52,529 bases of DNA from a virus (taxonomy: Duplodnaviria; Caudoviricetes): IMG/VR virus record IMGVR_UViG_3300035074_000056, positions 1 to 52,529 of that record; one strand, 5' to 3'. Both the position numbers and the translations under genes were made by a program. Shown in pieces: positions 1-8,722 of this stretch (the first letter of the stretch is position 1; every line of letters starts with the position of its first letter). The notes beneath the pieces are model-generated. The model was not told where the DNA came from. It saw only the letters and a program-made list of their open reading frames with translations, and searched no databases.

Positions 1-117
1 CGGGCACCATCGAGGTTGGCTCCTACGAGGTTGGCTCTTACGAGGTTGGCTCTTACGAGGTTGGCTCTTACGAGGCTGGCACCAACGAGGCTGGCACCAA
101 CGAGGCTGGCACCAACG
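1..117. repeat. Terminal overlap identical to 52413-52529 (circular contig join)
   Basis: Base-by-base identity of the first and last 117 nt; lies inside a coding tandem repeat, so most likely an assembler overlap. Confidence 0.9.
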
Positions 118-332
118 AGGCTGGCACCATCGAGGCGGGCACCATCGAGGCGGGCACCATCGAGGCGGGCACCATCGAGGCGGGCACCATCGAGGCGGGC
201 ACCATCGAGGCGCAAATCGGATAGGTCTGCGCCATTCCAGTGCTTATCCCGTAGATCCATATTTTGGAGTGTTTCAGCGTCGACAACCTCGATCACCTCT
301 CCCGTCCAACGGTTTTTAATTTCAATGCTCAT
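1..332 (-). CDS. Pentapeptide-repeat protein, 5' part (continues at 52412 down to 51944 across the join; about 266 aa in total)
   Basis: ATG at 332 reads MSIEIKNRWTGEVIEVVDAETLQNMDLRDKHWNGADLSDLRLDGARLDGARL..., with 15-nt repeats encoding A(R/S/N)L(D/V)(G/R); frame is continuous with the 51944..52255 ORF. Confidence 0.85.
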   Translation of the reverse strand, partial: MSIEIKNRWTGEVIEVVDAETLQNMDLRDKHWNGADLSDLRLDGARLDGARLDGARLDGARLDGARLDGASLVGASLVGASLVGASLVRANLVRANLVRANLVGANLDGA

Positions 333-397
333 TCCGTGTATCCTCATCAACTCAAACAATATGGTCTGCCGGTATATAGCCACCGGCAGGGTTTGGG

Positions 398-808
398 TTA
401 GGCTGTCGCTTTTGGCACCTGTGGGTAATGGTTTGAAACCATCATTTTTCGATCTTCAGGAATGGTTTTACTGGCTTCCGTGTAGCCGACTTTGTAGAAT
501 CGGCTTGCAACGCTTTTTGCCGCACCCCATTGGGCACCACTAAGCCCGAGTTTATCCAACCGAGCGGAAGCCTTTTCAATCGTTGGGTCTAGCTTTTCCC
601 AGATGAAATCCTCATCAGCTCTGGAGGGTTTATCGTTCAACAGATCCCGCAGCATTTCAAAGACTGTAATATGGATGCACTGCTCATACCCAGGCCCCAA
701 GCCGCCCATTTCTACGGTGTGGATAATCTCGCCTTCATCCCATCGCCTCAGTAGAGTTTCTAGTTCTTTATTGATTTCTTCATCGGTCAGTTTCACTGCT
801 TCGCTCAC
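398..808 (-). CDS. Hypothetical phage protein
   Basis: 136-aa ORF, GAGG RBS, co-oriented with the early operon. Confidence 0.7.
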   Translation of the reverse strand: MSEAVKLTDEEINKELETLLRRWDEGEIIHTVEMGGLGPGYEQCIHITVFEMLRDLLNDKPSRADEDFIWEKLDPTIEKASARLDKLGLSGAQWGAAKSVASRFYKVGYTEASKTIPEDRKMMVSNHYPQVPKATA

Positions 809-990
809 TTGCTTTACCTCTCATTAACTAAATATTGACCGGAGGTTTATCCTCTCTCCGGTAGGAGGATAGCTGCTGGCCTGATGTGGTCTTTCTGGCT
901 TTCACTGCCAAGGTTCCGATACAGGCCCCGTCGTCCATGCGGCTCGGAACGCACACCGCAGACTTGTTAGGGTTCAGCAGCTACCTTGGG

Positions 991-1617
991 TTAGAAGGCA
1001 ATATCTTCGTCTGGCATATCAGCAGGGAACATGCCGTCCGGAGGAAGCTGGCTTTCTTCGTTGATATACCCTTGCCCAACCAATGCCTTGTATTCAGCCG
1101 ATTCCTTGATGGTGTTTTTCAGGAAGTCCGGAAAGCTGGCAAACACCTCCGTATTGAACTCGTCCATATCAAAGACGATCGGCTTATTCACGGGCGAATA
1201 CCCGGAAGTGCCTTTGGGTAATGCCTGAATACTGCTAACGCGGGCCTTTTTATATTCGCCTGCTTCTTTATGGATAATCCCGATGGAGCAGCTTTTGCCC
1301 ATGATGTTTTTCAGCTCAAACCCGGCCAATTCCTCATCAGTGAAAGCACGACCGCGCCAAGCCTCAAGGTCTTTCCGAAGATTGGCTTTTTTGCCAAGGC
1401 TGGCAGTGTAGTATTTGCCAGTAGTGAAGGGCTTGCCCTGGGTGTCGGTATCGTTCAACTCCCACCCGACATAAACCTGTTGCTTTACGCCTGTATTGCC
1501 CATGTACTCATATTCGTGAGTGCCGAGATCAATCAACATGTAGCTAGTGGCGATATATGTAGCCTCTGGGATCAGCTCATATTCGCCGCCGCCATTGTCT
1601 TTAACTACCAATGCCAT
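991..1617 (-). CDS. Phage SSB-like/replication-associated protein (NGO0469-like family)
   Basis: IDLGT..., YTASLGKKANLRKDLEAWRGR, GKSC motifs and acidic C-terminal tail (DEDIAF) typical of this family; AGGAG RBS. Confidence 0.65.
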   Translation of the reverse strand: MALVVKDNGGGEYELIPEATYIATSYMLIDLGTHEYEYMGNTGVKQQVYVGWELNDTDTQGKPFTTGKYYTASLGKKANLRKDLEAWRGRAFTDEELAGFELKNIMGKSCSIGIIHKEAGEYKKARVSSIQALPKGTSGYSPVNKPIVFDMDEFNTEVFASFPDFLKNTIKESAEYKALVGQGYINEESQLPPDGMFPADMPDEDIAF

Positions 1618-1795
1618 TGTTTTCTCCTTTCAATTCACTTTTCAACTGTCTAATATTCTCTAAAGCTGCATTCACCCAAGACAGCGGGGTTGTTTGCTCT
1701 CCGTACCGCACCCGGTTTTCTATGTAGGCTTTCAGCTTTTGAAGGCTGATTTCTGCGTTTTCGGCGCGGCGGAGAGCGGTTTCAGTGGGGGTCAT
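1601..1795 (-). CDS. Hypothetical protein
   Basis: Short ORF overlapping the next gene in the early operon. Confidence 0.5.
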   Translation of the reverse strand: MTPTETALRRAENAEISLQKLKAYIENRVRYGEQTTPLSWVNAALENIRQLKSELKGENNGIGS

Positions 1796-1928
1796 GGCTT
1801 CTTCCACATCCAACCAAAGCAAAAGCCCATAATGGCCCCGCTTACATGAAAGAACGCCACTTTCGGCTCAATGGGGCTTAGGATTAAAATAAAAGCCATC
1901 CCAAGAAGCATCGGGATCATACTAACGA

Positions 1929-2201
1929 TCACGCCGCTTCCCCTCTCCGCCGGATCTCATCCACCAGACAGCGTGTATGGCTGATCTCATCCGGTGTCGC
2001 AAAACCCTTTTCGTCCAGGCGGGCCACATATTCAGCCAACCGCTGGAGCATGGACTTATCAGGTAATTGCTTCTCAGGCATATCGGCCTCCATCATCAAC
2101 TCAAAGCTTGTGGGGAGATTCAGGCAGTATTCCAGGTGTTGAATGCACTGGACGTATACCAACGGGCTCATTACTGGTTGGTCTTCTTCGATATAGCTCA
2201 T
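1929..2201 (-). CDS. Hypothetical protein
   Basis: 90-aa ORF with GGAGG RBS. Confidence 0.6.
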   Translation of the reverse strand: MSYIEEDQPVMSPLVYVQCIQHLEYCLNLPTSFELMMEADMPEKQLPDKSMLQRLAEYVARLDEKGFATPDEISHTRCLVDEIRRRGEAA

Positions 2202-2811
2202 GCGCGGGCCCTCCCAAAATACTGATCAACCGCCCAACCCGGAATCAGGGACCGGGCAACATCCTCTTGATAACGCTGGCACTCCGGGCAATCATCGCCT
2301 TTGTCAAACCAGACATTGCACATCTCGCAGTAATCCATCAGGCCACCACCCCGCCCAGCGCATTACACGCTTCACAAGGGGCGTAGTAGCCTTCATCTCC
2401 ATAGCTATAGAAGATCTCCTCAGCACCCCGGCACACCGGGCAAACCATCACGCCATGCAACTGCTGTGTCGCATTGATGATCAGGTCTAACATCAGTTCT
2501 CTTGGTAAAGCCATCTTTCAAAATCTCCGTCTAAAAATAAAGCCCGGCCCATCAAGTCGCCCATCCGGGCCGGGTGTCGTACTCAACTGTTTGGTAGGGA
2601 GTTAGTGTGGAATAAGGAAACGCGGCGGAGCGGGGAATTAAGAAGAGAGAAGAGCAGTTTGCCCCGCCGGAAATCTAGTTAAGCCATCCGCTAGCCAGCA
2701 GCACCGCCACCAACACCAGCAGCACTACCCACCCAGAAACAGGATGATATCCACAGTATTGAGCTTGGACGGCTTGATAACGATTCATGCGGCTGTTAAT
2801 CTTTCTGGCAG

Positions 2812-3027
2812 TCATGAGGCTACCTCTTGGCTGTGTGTACCAGAAGATTCCTCCACGAACGGAGGCAACCCCAAGCGCTCCTCCCATTGAGCGACAGCCA
2901 GCATGGCTTGACGCACCATGAAGTTGCTTGCAGAGCGGATCTCATGCGCTTCCATAAACCGTTTAAGACGGTGGTAGTTGGCGCGGGCCATCCGTGGATG
3001 GACATTGATAATGTCTTTAGCGGCCAT
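2812..3027 (-). CDS. Hypothetical protein
   Basis: 71-aa ORF with AAGGAG RBS directly downstream of the Cro-like gene. Confidence 0.55.
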   Translation of the reverse strand: MAAKDIINVHPRMARANYHRLKRFMEAHEIRSASNFMVRQAMLAVAQWEERLGLPPFVEESSGTHSQEVAS

Positions 3028-3029
3028 GA

Positions 3030-3218
3030 CTAAGCTCCTTCCGCTTGCTTGAAAGGCTGAGACTTGAGCGCTTCGATGTCGGCAAGAGGAATGCGCCGCA
3101 TCCAGTTCTTCAAGCGGTACTGATTAGGGAAAGCCCCCTGTTTGTCTAAGTTGTAGAAAGTTTGTCTTGAAATGCTCAACATCGCGCAAACTTCTTTTAT
3201 TGTTAGGTCGGGCATCAT
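3030..3218 (-). CDS. AlpA/excisionase-like HTH DNA-binding protein (Cro-like position)
   Basis: LTIKEVCAMLSISRQTFYNL..QGAFP motif; divergent from the putative repressor. Confidence 0.75.
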   Translation of the reverse strand: MMPDLTIKEVCAMLSISRQTFYNLDKQGAFPNQYRLKNWMRRIPLADIEALKSQPFKQAEGA

Positions 3219-3226
3219 TGACTTCC

Positions 3227-3343
3227 TTTGTCATTGTCAATGCTTGTCTATGCCATTATCTTATCAGGACTTTTGACATTGTCAACACTTGTCTATTCCA
3301 ATCTTTGTCAAAGCCGGGTAAAGTCCTTATCTATGAGGACTTT
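3227..3343. promoter_or_regulatory. Divergent promoter/operator region of the lysis-lysogeny switch
   Basis: Imperfect direct repeat at 3227-3251 and 3272-3296 containing palindrome TTGACA-T-TGTCAA (3273-3285); inverted repeat AAAGTCCT/AGGACTTT (3320-3343) over the repressor start. Confidence 0.6.
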
Positions 3344-3689
3344 CGGCACAAAGTTTGAGCTTTATATGAAAGCTGCTGGGTTTAACCCAAATAGCTTGGC
3401 AAAGAGGCTGGGGGAGGATGCCCCACTTATAAATAAGATTGTCAACAACAAGCGGGACATGTCTGAGCGTCTTATGGAGCTTATTGCCAGTCTGCCAGAG
3501 TTTAAATTGGTAGGCCTTACTGAAGAAATGATGCGTGAATGGAAGGGGAGCGATAAGTCAGACGAAATTATTGCAGAAGCAATGACACTTCCTGAAGACA
3601 GGGTTGCTCAGTATGTGGAAAAACGATTAGGGATACCCGCAGATGATATCCTTGAGCTTGCAAAGCAAGTTAAGAGGAAAAACAAATGA
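3333..3689 (+). CDS. Putative XRE/CI-like HTH repressor
   Basis: MRTFGTKFELYMKAAGFNPNSLAKRLG...INKIVNNKR is an XRE-type HTH; divergent from the Cro-like gene; no S24 peptidase domain visible. Confidence 0.7.
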   Translation: MRTFGTKFELYMKAAGFNPNSLAKRLGEDAPLINKIVNNKRDMSERLMELIASLPEFKLVGLTEEMMREWKGSDKSDEIIAEAMTLPEDRVAQYVEKRLGIPADDILELAKQVKRKNK

Positions 3690-4189
3690 AACGTGCCATT
3701 TTTTTGGTTTTGTTGCTGAGTCTTTTTTTATCCCAGCTTGTGTTCGCGGAGCGTTGGCAGCCAACGACGCCGTCAGGCTGGCCAGAAATTACCATCAACG
3801 CCCCTGAAAATGTTGTTGTTTCGAAATTCCAAAACTCTTTAGCCAACAAGGGTTTAATGCTTAGAAGTCGCCAACCTGGGATTGCCATCTTTGAGGGCAG
3901 ACGGGCTATGGCAAACTGGGCTGAGCGTATCCAGATCGGGATTGTGGCCGCCCCCATCAATTCCAACTACGACGGCATAACTAGAATCACGCTGAACTTG
4001 ATAGAGGTAGAGAGGCAAACCCGAATAATACTAATGACTGAGCGGGTTTTGAACCCTGGAACAAACGGAGAAATAGTTAATTCTACTGGGCAACTGCGAA
4101 AGCATTATGAGATCGGGATGGCCTACCTTCAGGAGGCTAAGCAAAAAATCGAGGCCGATCAAATCTCGGCGGTGAAAGAACAGAAATGA
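3686..4189 (+). CDS. Secreted/periplasmic protein of unknown function
   Basis: Signal peptide MKRAIFLVLLLSLFLSQLVFA; ATGA overlap with the repressor stop. Confidence 0.7.
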   Translation: MKRAIFLVLLLSLFLSQLVFAERWQPTTPSGWPEITINAPENVVVSKFQNSLANKGLMLRSRQPGIAIFEGRRAMANWAERIQIGIVAAPINSNYDGITRITLNLIEVERQTRIILMTERVLNPGTNGEIVNSTGQLRKHYEIGMAYLQEAKQKIEADQISAVKEQK

Positions 4190-4674
4190 CAGAAGAGAAT
4201 TTAACAGTCAGCAGGTCGGATCGTCCGGGCTTCAAAACGATTGCTAGCGAGCTTGGGGCTTTAAGCTATAAAGCTAGTGGGCTGGCATCATTCTTGAGTA
4301 AGCCTAAGGATCTACTGGCTCCAGACCCGCTTCAAGCGATGAGGGATCGTATCAGTGCCCAGGATAAAGACATATACGATCTGTCTCAAGCTTTAAAAAG
4401 CCAACACAACGCGCTTTTAACGCTTTCTACAATAATGAACGCAACGATTGCCCAAAATAGTAAAGGAAGCACAGCGTTAAACACCACTAGTGGTAAATCA
4501 AAGAATACAGAAGAGGCCCAGGAAATCCCATCAATTAACAACTCTTGGCAACTCATATGGAAATTGGCCCATCCTCATTTCGGCAAACTGGTTCCATTCA
4601 TAGGAACAGGAATCATCTTATCCTTCATTATTTATATCGCTTTGCATTCACTGCGTGACCTTGGGCTTATCTGA
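4186..4674 (+). CDS. Hypothetical protein with C-terminal transmembrane helix
   Basis: LVPFIGTGIILSFIIYIAL hydrophobic segment; ATGA overlap with the previous gene. Confidence 0.6.
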   Translation: MTEENLTVSRSDRPGFKTIASELGALSYKASGLASFLSKPKDLLAPDPLQAMRDRISAQDKDIYDLSQALKSQHNALLTLSTIMNATIAQNSKGSTALNTTSGKSKNTEEAQEIPSINNSWQLIWKLAHPHFGKLVPFIGTGIILSFIIYIALHSLRDLGLI

Positions 4675-5133
4675 TCATCATACCCCCTCAACCACTCGCC
4701 AACAAGCGCAAACTGTCCATCACTCAGCCCGCGCAACCAATCCTTGATTACCGTAGGGTTATATACCTGGACTTTAGGCGCATCCAGCCCCTGCTTTCTC
4801 TAGCTTTTCAATAAGCCAATCCAATTCTTCGCCCGTCAGTCCTTCCAGCCACGCCAAAACCGCCGCCTCTGCGCTCATCCTCTGCCCTTTCATTTCCAAC
4901 GCTTCAATACTAACCGAACTAGAAAGAATTTTCTATAATTTGTTTTAGTAATGATATGAGATCATAACCCTACCAATCAGACAATCACTCAGCAGGGTTA
5001 ATACTTTTAGTTATCATGCTTAGGTATTATGAGTGGTAACTTTTTTGTAAAATAATTCTGCGATTCTCTCAAAAAACGGATCCACTCTAGAGCCCGCTTG
5101 TAGCCTCAATCCTAGCCAAGTGGCTTTCTTATT

Positions 5134-5174
5134 TGGGGTGGAAGGGGTCGCAGGTTCAAATCCTGTCGGTCCGA
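5134..5174 (+). other. Putative attP core: 3' half of a tRNA-Pro(GGG)-like sequence
   Basis: TGGGGTGGAAGGGGTCGCAGGTTCAAATCCTGTCGGTCCGA contains anticodon-arm 3' side, T-arm (GGTTCAAATCC) and acceptor 3' strand but no 5' half; 84 nt upstream of the integrase. Confidence 0.8.
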
Positions 5175-5257
5175 TAAGTCTTCAAAAAATAAAGTAAGGG
5201 ATCCCAATCGCAAGTATCGCACTTGAAACTAAATTGGGATCCCTTTATGATCCACCC

Positions 5258-6403
5258 ATGGATAGTGAATGGCTTGAACTTAAAGACGCCGCTCCCTTGA
5301 TGGAACTTGCGGAATCAACCCTGCGCCGGATGTGCAACATGGGTGAGGTACAGGGTGCTCGTTTGGCACCTTGGGGAAAGCGGCACAAGTGGCAGGTTCA
5401 CAGGAGCGTTGTTCAGCAACAGAAATCCTCTGGTACCTATGCCCAGCTTTTAGAACAATGGAAGCAAGAACAGATAAAGCTCCGCAAGGTCAAGCAGACC
5501 ACCATTGATAGATTGCATTTTGGGCACCGGGCCTATTGGCGATATCTTGCTGGGGACCCTAAAGACTGGGAATATCCAGGCGATGAGAGGATGCCTTTGG
5601 AACAGGTGACCATCCCCAACCTTCGCACCGCACTGATGAACATTAGCGGGAAGCCAGGGGCGGCTGACAACGTGTTTCGGTCCATGACCGCTTTTTATGA
5701 TTATCTGGTCAGGGAAGGGATTCGGCCCAAGGTAGACCCGGATATTTTAAAAGGAATGAAGCCGCCTAAAAACAAGCGGATTCGCAGAACGTTCATAAAG
5801 AATGACGAGATATTCCAGCAGTTGATCGAGGAAAACGAGAAGTGGGCACGGGGCAGGGCCTTCTATGATCGATTCCTGACCGGTGCGCTTTTGAAATTCG
5901 CCCGTTATACCGGCATGCGGAACTCGGAGATTTGCAATCTTGAGGTTCCCCATGTTGACTTTAAGGATCTGGTGATCAACGTCTACCGAGGGAAGGGGGA
6001 CAAGGATCGGCGGGTTGGCATCAAGCCGGAGCTGGTTGGTGTGCTTCAGGAAGCCATAAGTCGCCGCCCGGAGTCTAAATACTCTCACCTCTTTTTACAG
6101 CGCAACGGCAAGCCTTTGAACCGCCGCTGCATTAGTGAGCGGATCGGAGACTTGGCGGATCGGATCGGTTTAGATTTGACCCCCCATGGATGCCGACGGA
6201 CATTTATCACGGACTTGCTTTTAGAAGGACATCCAGTGGTAAAGATCCAAAAACTGGTAGGCCATAACGATTTGGCAACCACTCAGCTTTATGATGTCTC
6301 CTCAGATGAGGATGCTCTAGATATCCTTCGAGGCAAGCAAGAAAAAGCCCCAGCGCAGAAACCACTCGCCGCCAATCCGGAAGGGCCAACACTAGCTTAT
6401 TAA
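5258..6403 (+). CDS. int: Tyrosine integrase with N-terminal excisionase-like HTH
   Basis: Catalytic motifs TGMRNSE (R), GKGDKDR (K), HGCRR (HxxR), LVGH, TQLYD (Y). Confidence 0.92.
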   Translation: MDSEWLELKDAAPLMELAESTLRRMCNMGEVQGARLAPWGKRHKWQVHRSVVQQQKSSGTYAQLLEQWKQEQIKLRKVKQTTIDRLHFGHRAYWRYLAGDPKDWEYPGDERMPLEQVTIPNLRTALMNISGKPGAADNVFRSMTAFYDYLVREGIRPKVDPDILKGMKPPKNKRIRRTFIKNDEIFQQLIEENEKWARGRAFYDRFLTGALLKFARYTGMRNSEICNLEVPHVDFKDLVINVYRGKGDKDRRVGIKPELVGVLQEAISRRPESKYSHLFLQRNGKPLNRRCISERIGDLADRIGLDLTPHGCRRTFITDLLLEGHPVVKIQKLVGHNDLATTQLYDVSSDEDALDILRGKQEKAPAQKPLAANPEGPTLAY

Positions 6404-6415
6404 CCCTCATTCACA

Positions 6416-6447
6416 CAAAAACCCCCTGATTATCTCAGAGGGTTTTG
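6416..6447. terminator. Probable bidirectional intrinsic terminator
   Basis: CAAAAACCCCCTGA-TTATC-TCAGAGGGTTTTG hairpin with A/T tracts on both sides, 13 nt after the int stop. Confidence 0.7.
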
Positions 6448-6667
6448 CAAAAGTCCGAAGAGCGGTCGGGTTCTCACCGCCTACCTTACCCTACTACTCT
6501 AGAATTCAGGAAAGGCCCTGTTGTGCGTTTGGCGCTCCTCATAAATCGACCCGGAACAACGGCGGGCCTTCCGGGTGCCCCTGTGCGAGTTCCGGACCTG
6601 CCGGATTATCAACACACCCTCTCTTTGAGCAATCCTGCACGTCTGCTGGTTAAGCTTGAGGGGCCAT
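6416..6667 (-). ncRNA. Candidate structured small RNA of about 250 nt
   Basis: Extended -10 TGCTATAAT on the minus strand (6682-6674); several hairpins; ends at the terminator; the ATG at the predicted start closes after 5 codons. Confidence 0.4.
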
Positions 6668-6737
6668 GGAATTATTATAGCAAAACAAAAAGCCCACCTT
6701 ATACAGGCAGGCAGAAGAGAGACGGGTGAGGTAAAAA

Positions 6738-7232
6738 CTATTTCATAGAGGTTTGGAGTTCATTCAAGTTGCCCAGGTCGTTCATGCGCCTTCCGGCTGG
6801 CTCCAGGTCCACACCTCGTGAGCTGGCGACCATCGTTCCATAGGCGCTGTAGATGGCCGGATTAAGGCCGTGGTCATCCATATATTGATGCTCCACGATC
6901 TGCACGGTTTGGCAGAGGCGAGGGTTAAAATGGAGCCCTGTTCCACACACGTCTTGCCGGTCGCGCATGATCTGAGCAAGCCCGGAGTCCTTGACCCAGC
7001 CCATAGTATCCTGAAACACAATATCTAAGGGGTTAATGTGACCAAACCAGCAAGCACTGCCCAGCGCCATAACCGATCCGACAATAACAAGGCCGACCTG
7101 ATAGCAGATTTTCTTAACAAAAAGCGGCAACATACTTCCATTTCCTTTCTCACTCACTTTCTTACGCGGTTTCTTATCGTCTAAAAAGCCTTCCATTGGC
7201 TGAGGCTCAAACCATTCCAGGGCGTCACTCAT
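6738..7232 (-). CDS. Hypothetical membrane protein
   Basis: One hydrophobic segment (VGLVIVGSVMALGSACWF); GGAGG RBS. Confidence 0.6.
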   Translation of the reverse strand: MSDALEWFEPQPMEGFLDDKKPRKKVSEKGNGSMLPLFVKKICYQVGLVIVGSVMALGSACWFGHINPLDIVFQDTMGWVKDSGLAQIMRDRQDVCGTGLHFNPRLCQTVQIVEHQYMDDHGLNPAIYSAYGTMVASSRGVDLEPAGRRMNDLGNLNELQTSMK

Positions 7233-7395
7233 TCCATTGCGCCTCCCATCTAGCATCCTCTTCTAGTGTGTCTTCCGCTTCCTCCTGGCGGGCGTACCGC
7301 TCAGCCATGCAGAAACCAAGGCCCAGCAGGGCCAGTATCAGGCCGTCCATTCACTTTCTCCGATTTATAGTAAAGTTACTATGGTTTACCCTTGG

Positions 7396-7587
7396 TTATT
7401 GTGGGGGATCGGGCAGCCCGTCGTTAATAGCGCCCATCATTTGCCCGCAGGCTTGCCGGTGTCCAGATTTCCGCCCAAGATTAAAGCCATCTTCGTAAAT
7501 CTTCGCAGCGTTCGGCCCATAAACAGCCAGGAGGTGAGCGCCTTGGACCTTCGCCATCTCGATGAATTCATCGGTGTATTCACTCAT
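7396..7587 (-). CDS. Hypothetical protein
   Basis: Short ORF in a leftward accessory cluster. Confidence 0.5.
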   Translation of the reverse strand: MSEYTDEFIEMAKVQGAHLLAVYGPNAAKIYEDGFNLGRKSGHRQACGQMMGAINDGLPDPPQ

Positions 7588-7602
7588 AATTCATCTACTC
7601 CT

Positions 7603-7860
7603 CTATTTGTTTACGGGCTGAAAGGGCTTAACGGCGTTCAGGATTTCTGCCTTGGCCCGCCTAATACTATCCAACAAGAGCGTATTTTCTGCGTTGATAT
7701 CGGCAAGGTCTTTCACAATACGGCGGGGGAGGCTGCCAATAGTCCACTCACCGCTCGTCTTGTCATCTTCATGGACAATGCGCAGGGTGCCGTCATGCGT
7801 GAGATAAATCTTAATCTCAGCCAGCAGGATGGGCTCTTTTTCTCTTGCTTCCATAATCAA
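7603..7860 (-). CDS. Hypothetical protein
   Basis: ORF with AAGGAG RBS. Confidence 0.55.
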   Translation of the reverse strand: MIMEAREKEPILLAEIKIYLTHDGTLRIVHEDDKTSGEWTIGSLPRRIVKDLADINAENTLLLDSIRRAKAEILNAVKPFQPVNK

Positions 7861-7898
7861 ACTCCTTCTAAAAAAATTCTATTAAGTCTTATATAGGG

Positions 7899-8102
7899 TT
7901 AAGGCTCGATCGTCCAGACTTCAATATCATCAATATCTTCACCGTCTGGACCTTTATCCAGCAAGATATCGGCGGCTCGCTCTATGGCTAAACTTGGAAT
8001 CATAGACTCCGAAAACCCTTCGGGTAGCTTGCCCTGAACATACACAGTGAAAGTCACGGTTGCAGAATATTTATGGGTGTAATTCAGTTTTACTGCTTCC
8101 AT
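7899..8102 (-). CDS. Hypothetical acidic protein
   Basis: ORF with AAGGA RBS. Confidence 0.55.
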   Translation of the reverse strand: MEAVKLNYTHKYSATVTFTVYVQGKLPEGFSESMIPSLAIERAADILLDKGPDGEDIDDIEVWTIEP

Positions 8103-8149
8103 CCTAAGATTCCTTTCATACTCTTATACAGTAAATAGGGGGAGGGGCT

Positions 8150-8392
8150 TTAAGCCCGGTCCTTAATCCTGACAGCCTTACTAATGACACGATCCCCATG
8201 CCGAAGAAGCGCCGATCTCGCCGGGGCAAGCTTGGAAAGACGGCCAACGAACTCAACGGAGGCCAACGCCATGAGCGCATCTGCCAAGAACTTAATGCCT
8301 TGAGCCTGCTCGAACGGCAACACAGCGTAATGCACTTCGTTGATCGCCCATTTTACACCGTCTAACAAGCCTTGTGCTTCTGATTTTTTCAT
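8150..8392 (-). CDS. Hypothetical protein
   Basis: AAGGAG RBS before ATG at 8392. Confidence 0.55.
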   Translation of the reverse strand: MKKSEAQGLLDGVKWAINEVHYAVLPFEQAQGIKFLADALMALASVEFVGRLSKLAPARSALLRHGDRVISKAVRIKDRA

Positions 8393-8428
8393 CTCTAAAA
8401 TCTCCTTTTGTTTAACCTTATGAATATA

Positions 8429-8472
8429 GATTACCACGTGGTAATCATTAATGCAACTACCACAGCGTAATC
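8429..8472. promoter_or_regulatory. Putative operator pair between divergent genes
   Basis: Perfect 18-bp palindrome GATTACCACGTGGTAATC (8429-8446) and a degenerate copy ACTACCACAGCGTAATC (8456-8472). Confidence 0.55.
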
Positions 8473-8536
8473 TTTTTGATTGAATTGTTTACTCTGTCGA
8501 TATATCATGTAGGAGTATTGGCATCAGGAAACCACA

Positions 8537-8722
8537 ATGAAAATAGTGTCACTTTGCAAGCTGGCAAAGCGTGAGGATGTGCATCAAGTCTATCTACGCA
8601 AGGTAGTAGGCAAATTCAAGCGCGGAGAGATTACAGACTGGCGCGGCTGGAAGTTTTTTGGCTGGTCGGCTTGCTGGCTGGCTTATAAGGATGAACCCGC
8701 AGACCTGGAGATTGATGTATGA
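8537..8722 (+). CDS. Small hypothetical protein, possibly DNA-binding
   Basis: 61-aa basic ORF with AGGA RBS, divergent from the 8392 gene. Confidence 0.5.
   Translation: MKIVSLCKLAKREDVHQVYLRKVVGKFKRGEITDWRGWKFFGWSACWLAYKDEPADLEIDV

Noticed and set aside
1-215. 15-nt tandem repeats as a CRISPR array or non-coding minisatellite
   Set aside because: No unique spacers and no cas genes; the units translate on the minus strand into pentapeptide repeats
16-543. Plus-strand ORF (APTRL/APSRR) and minus-strand MVPAS ORFs at both ends
   Set aside because: Alternative-frame shadows of the pentapeptide repeat gene
5095-5180. Complete tRNA gene
   Set aside because: Only the 3' half is present; upstream sequence gives no matching acceptor strand, D-arm or anticodon stem
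6445-6729. 94-aa plus-strand ORF and a leaderless minus-strand ORF at 6667
   Set aside because: The plus ORF starts at TTG inside a terminator without an RBS; the minus ATG stops after five codons
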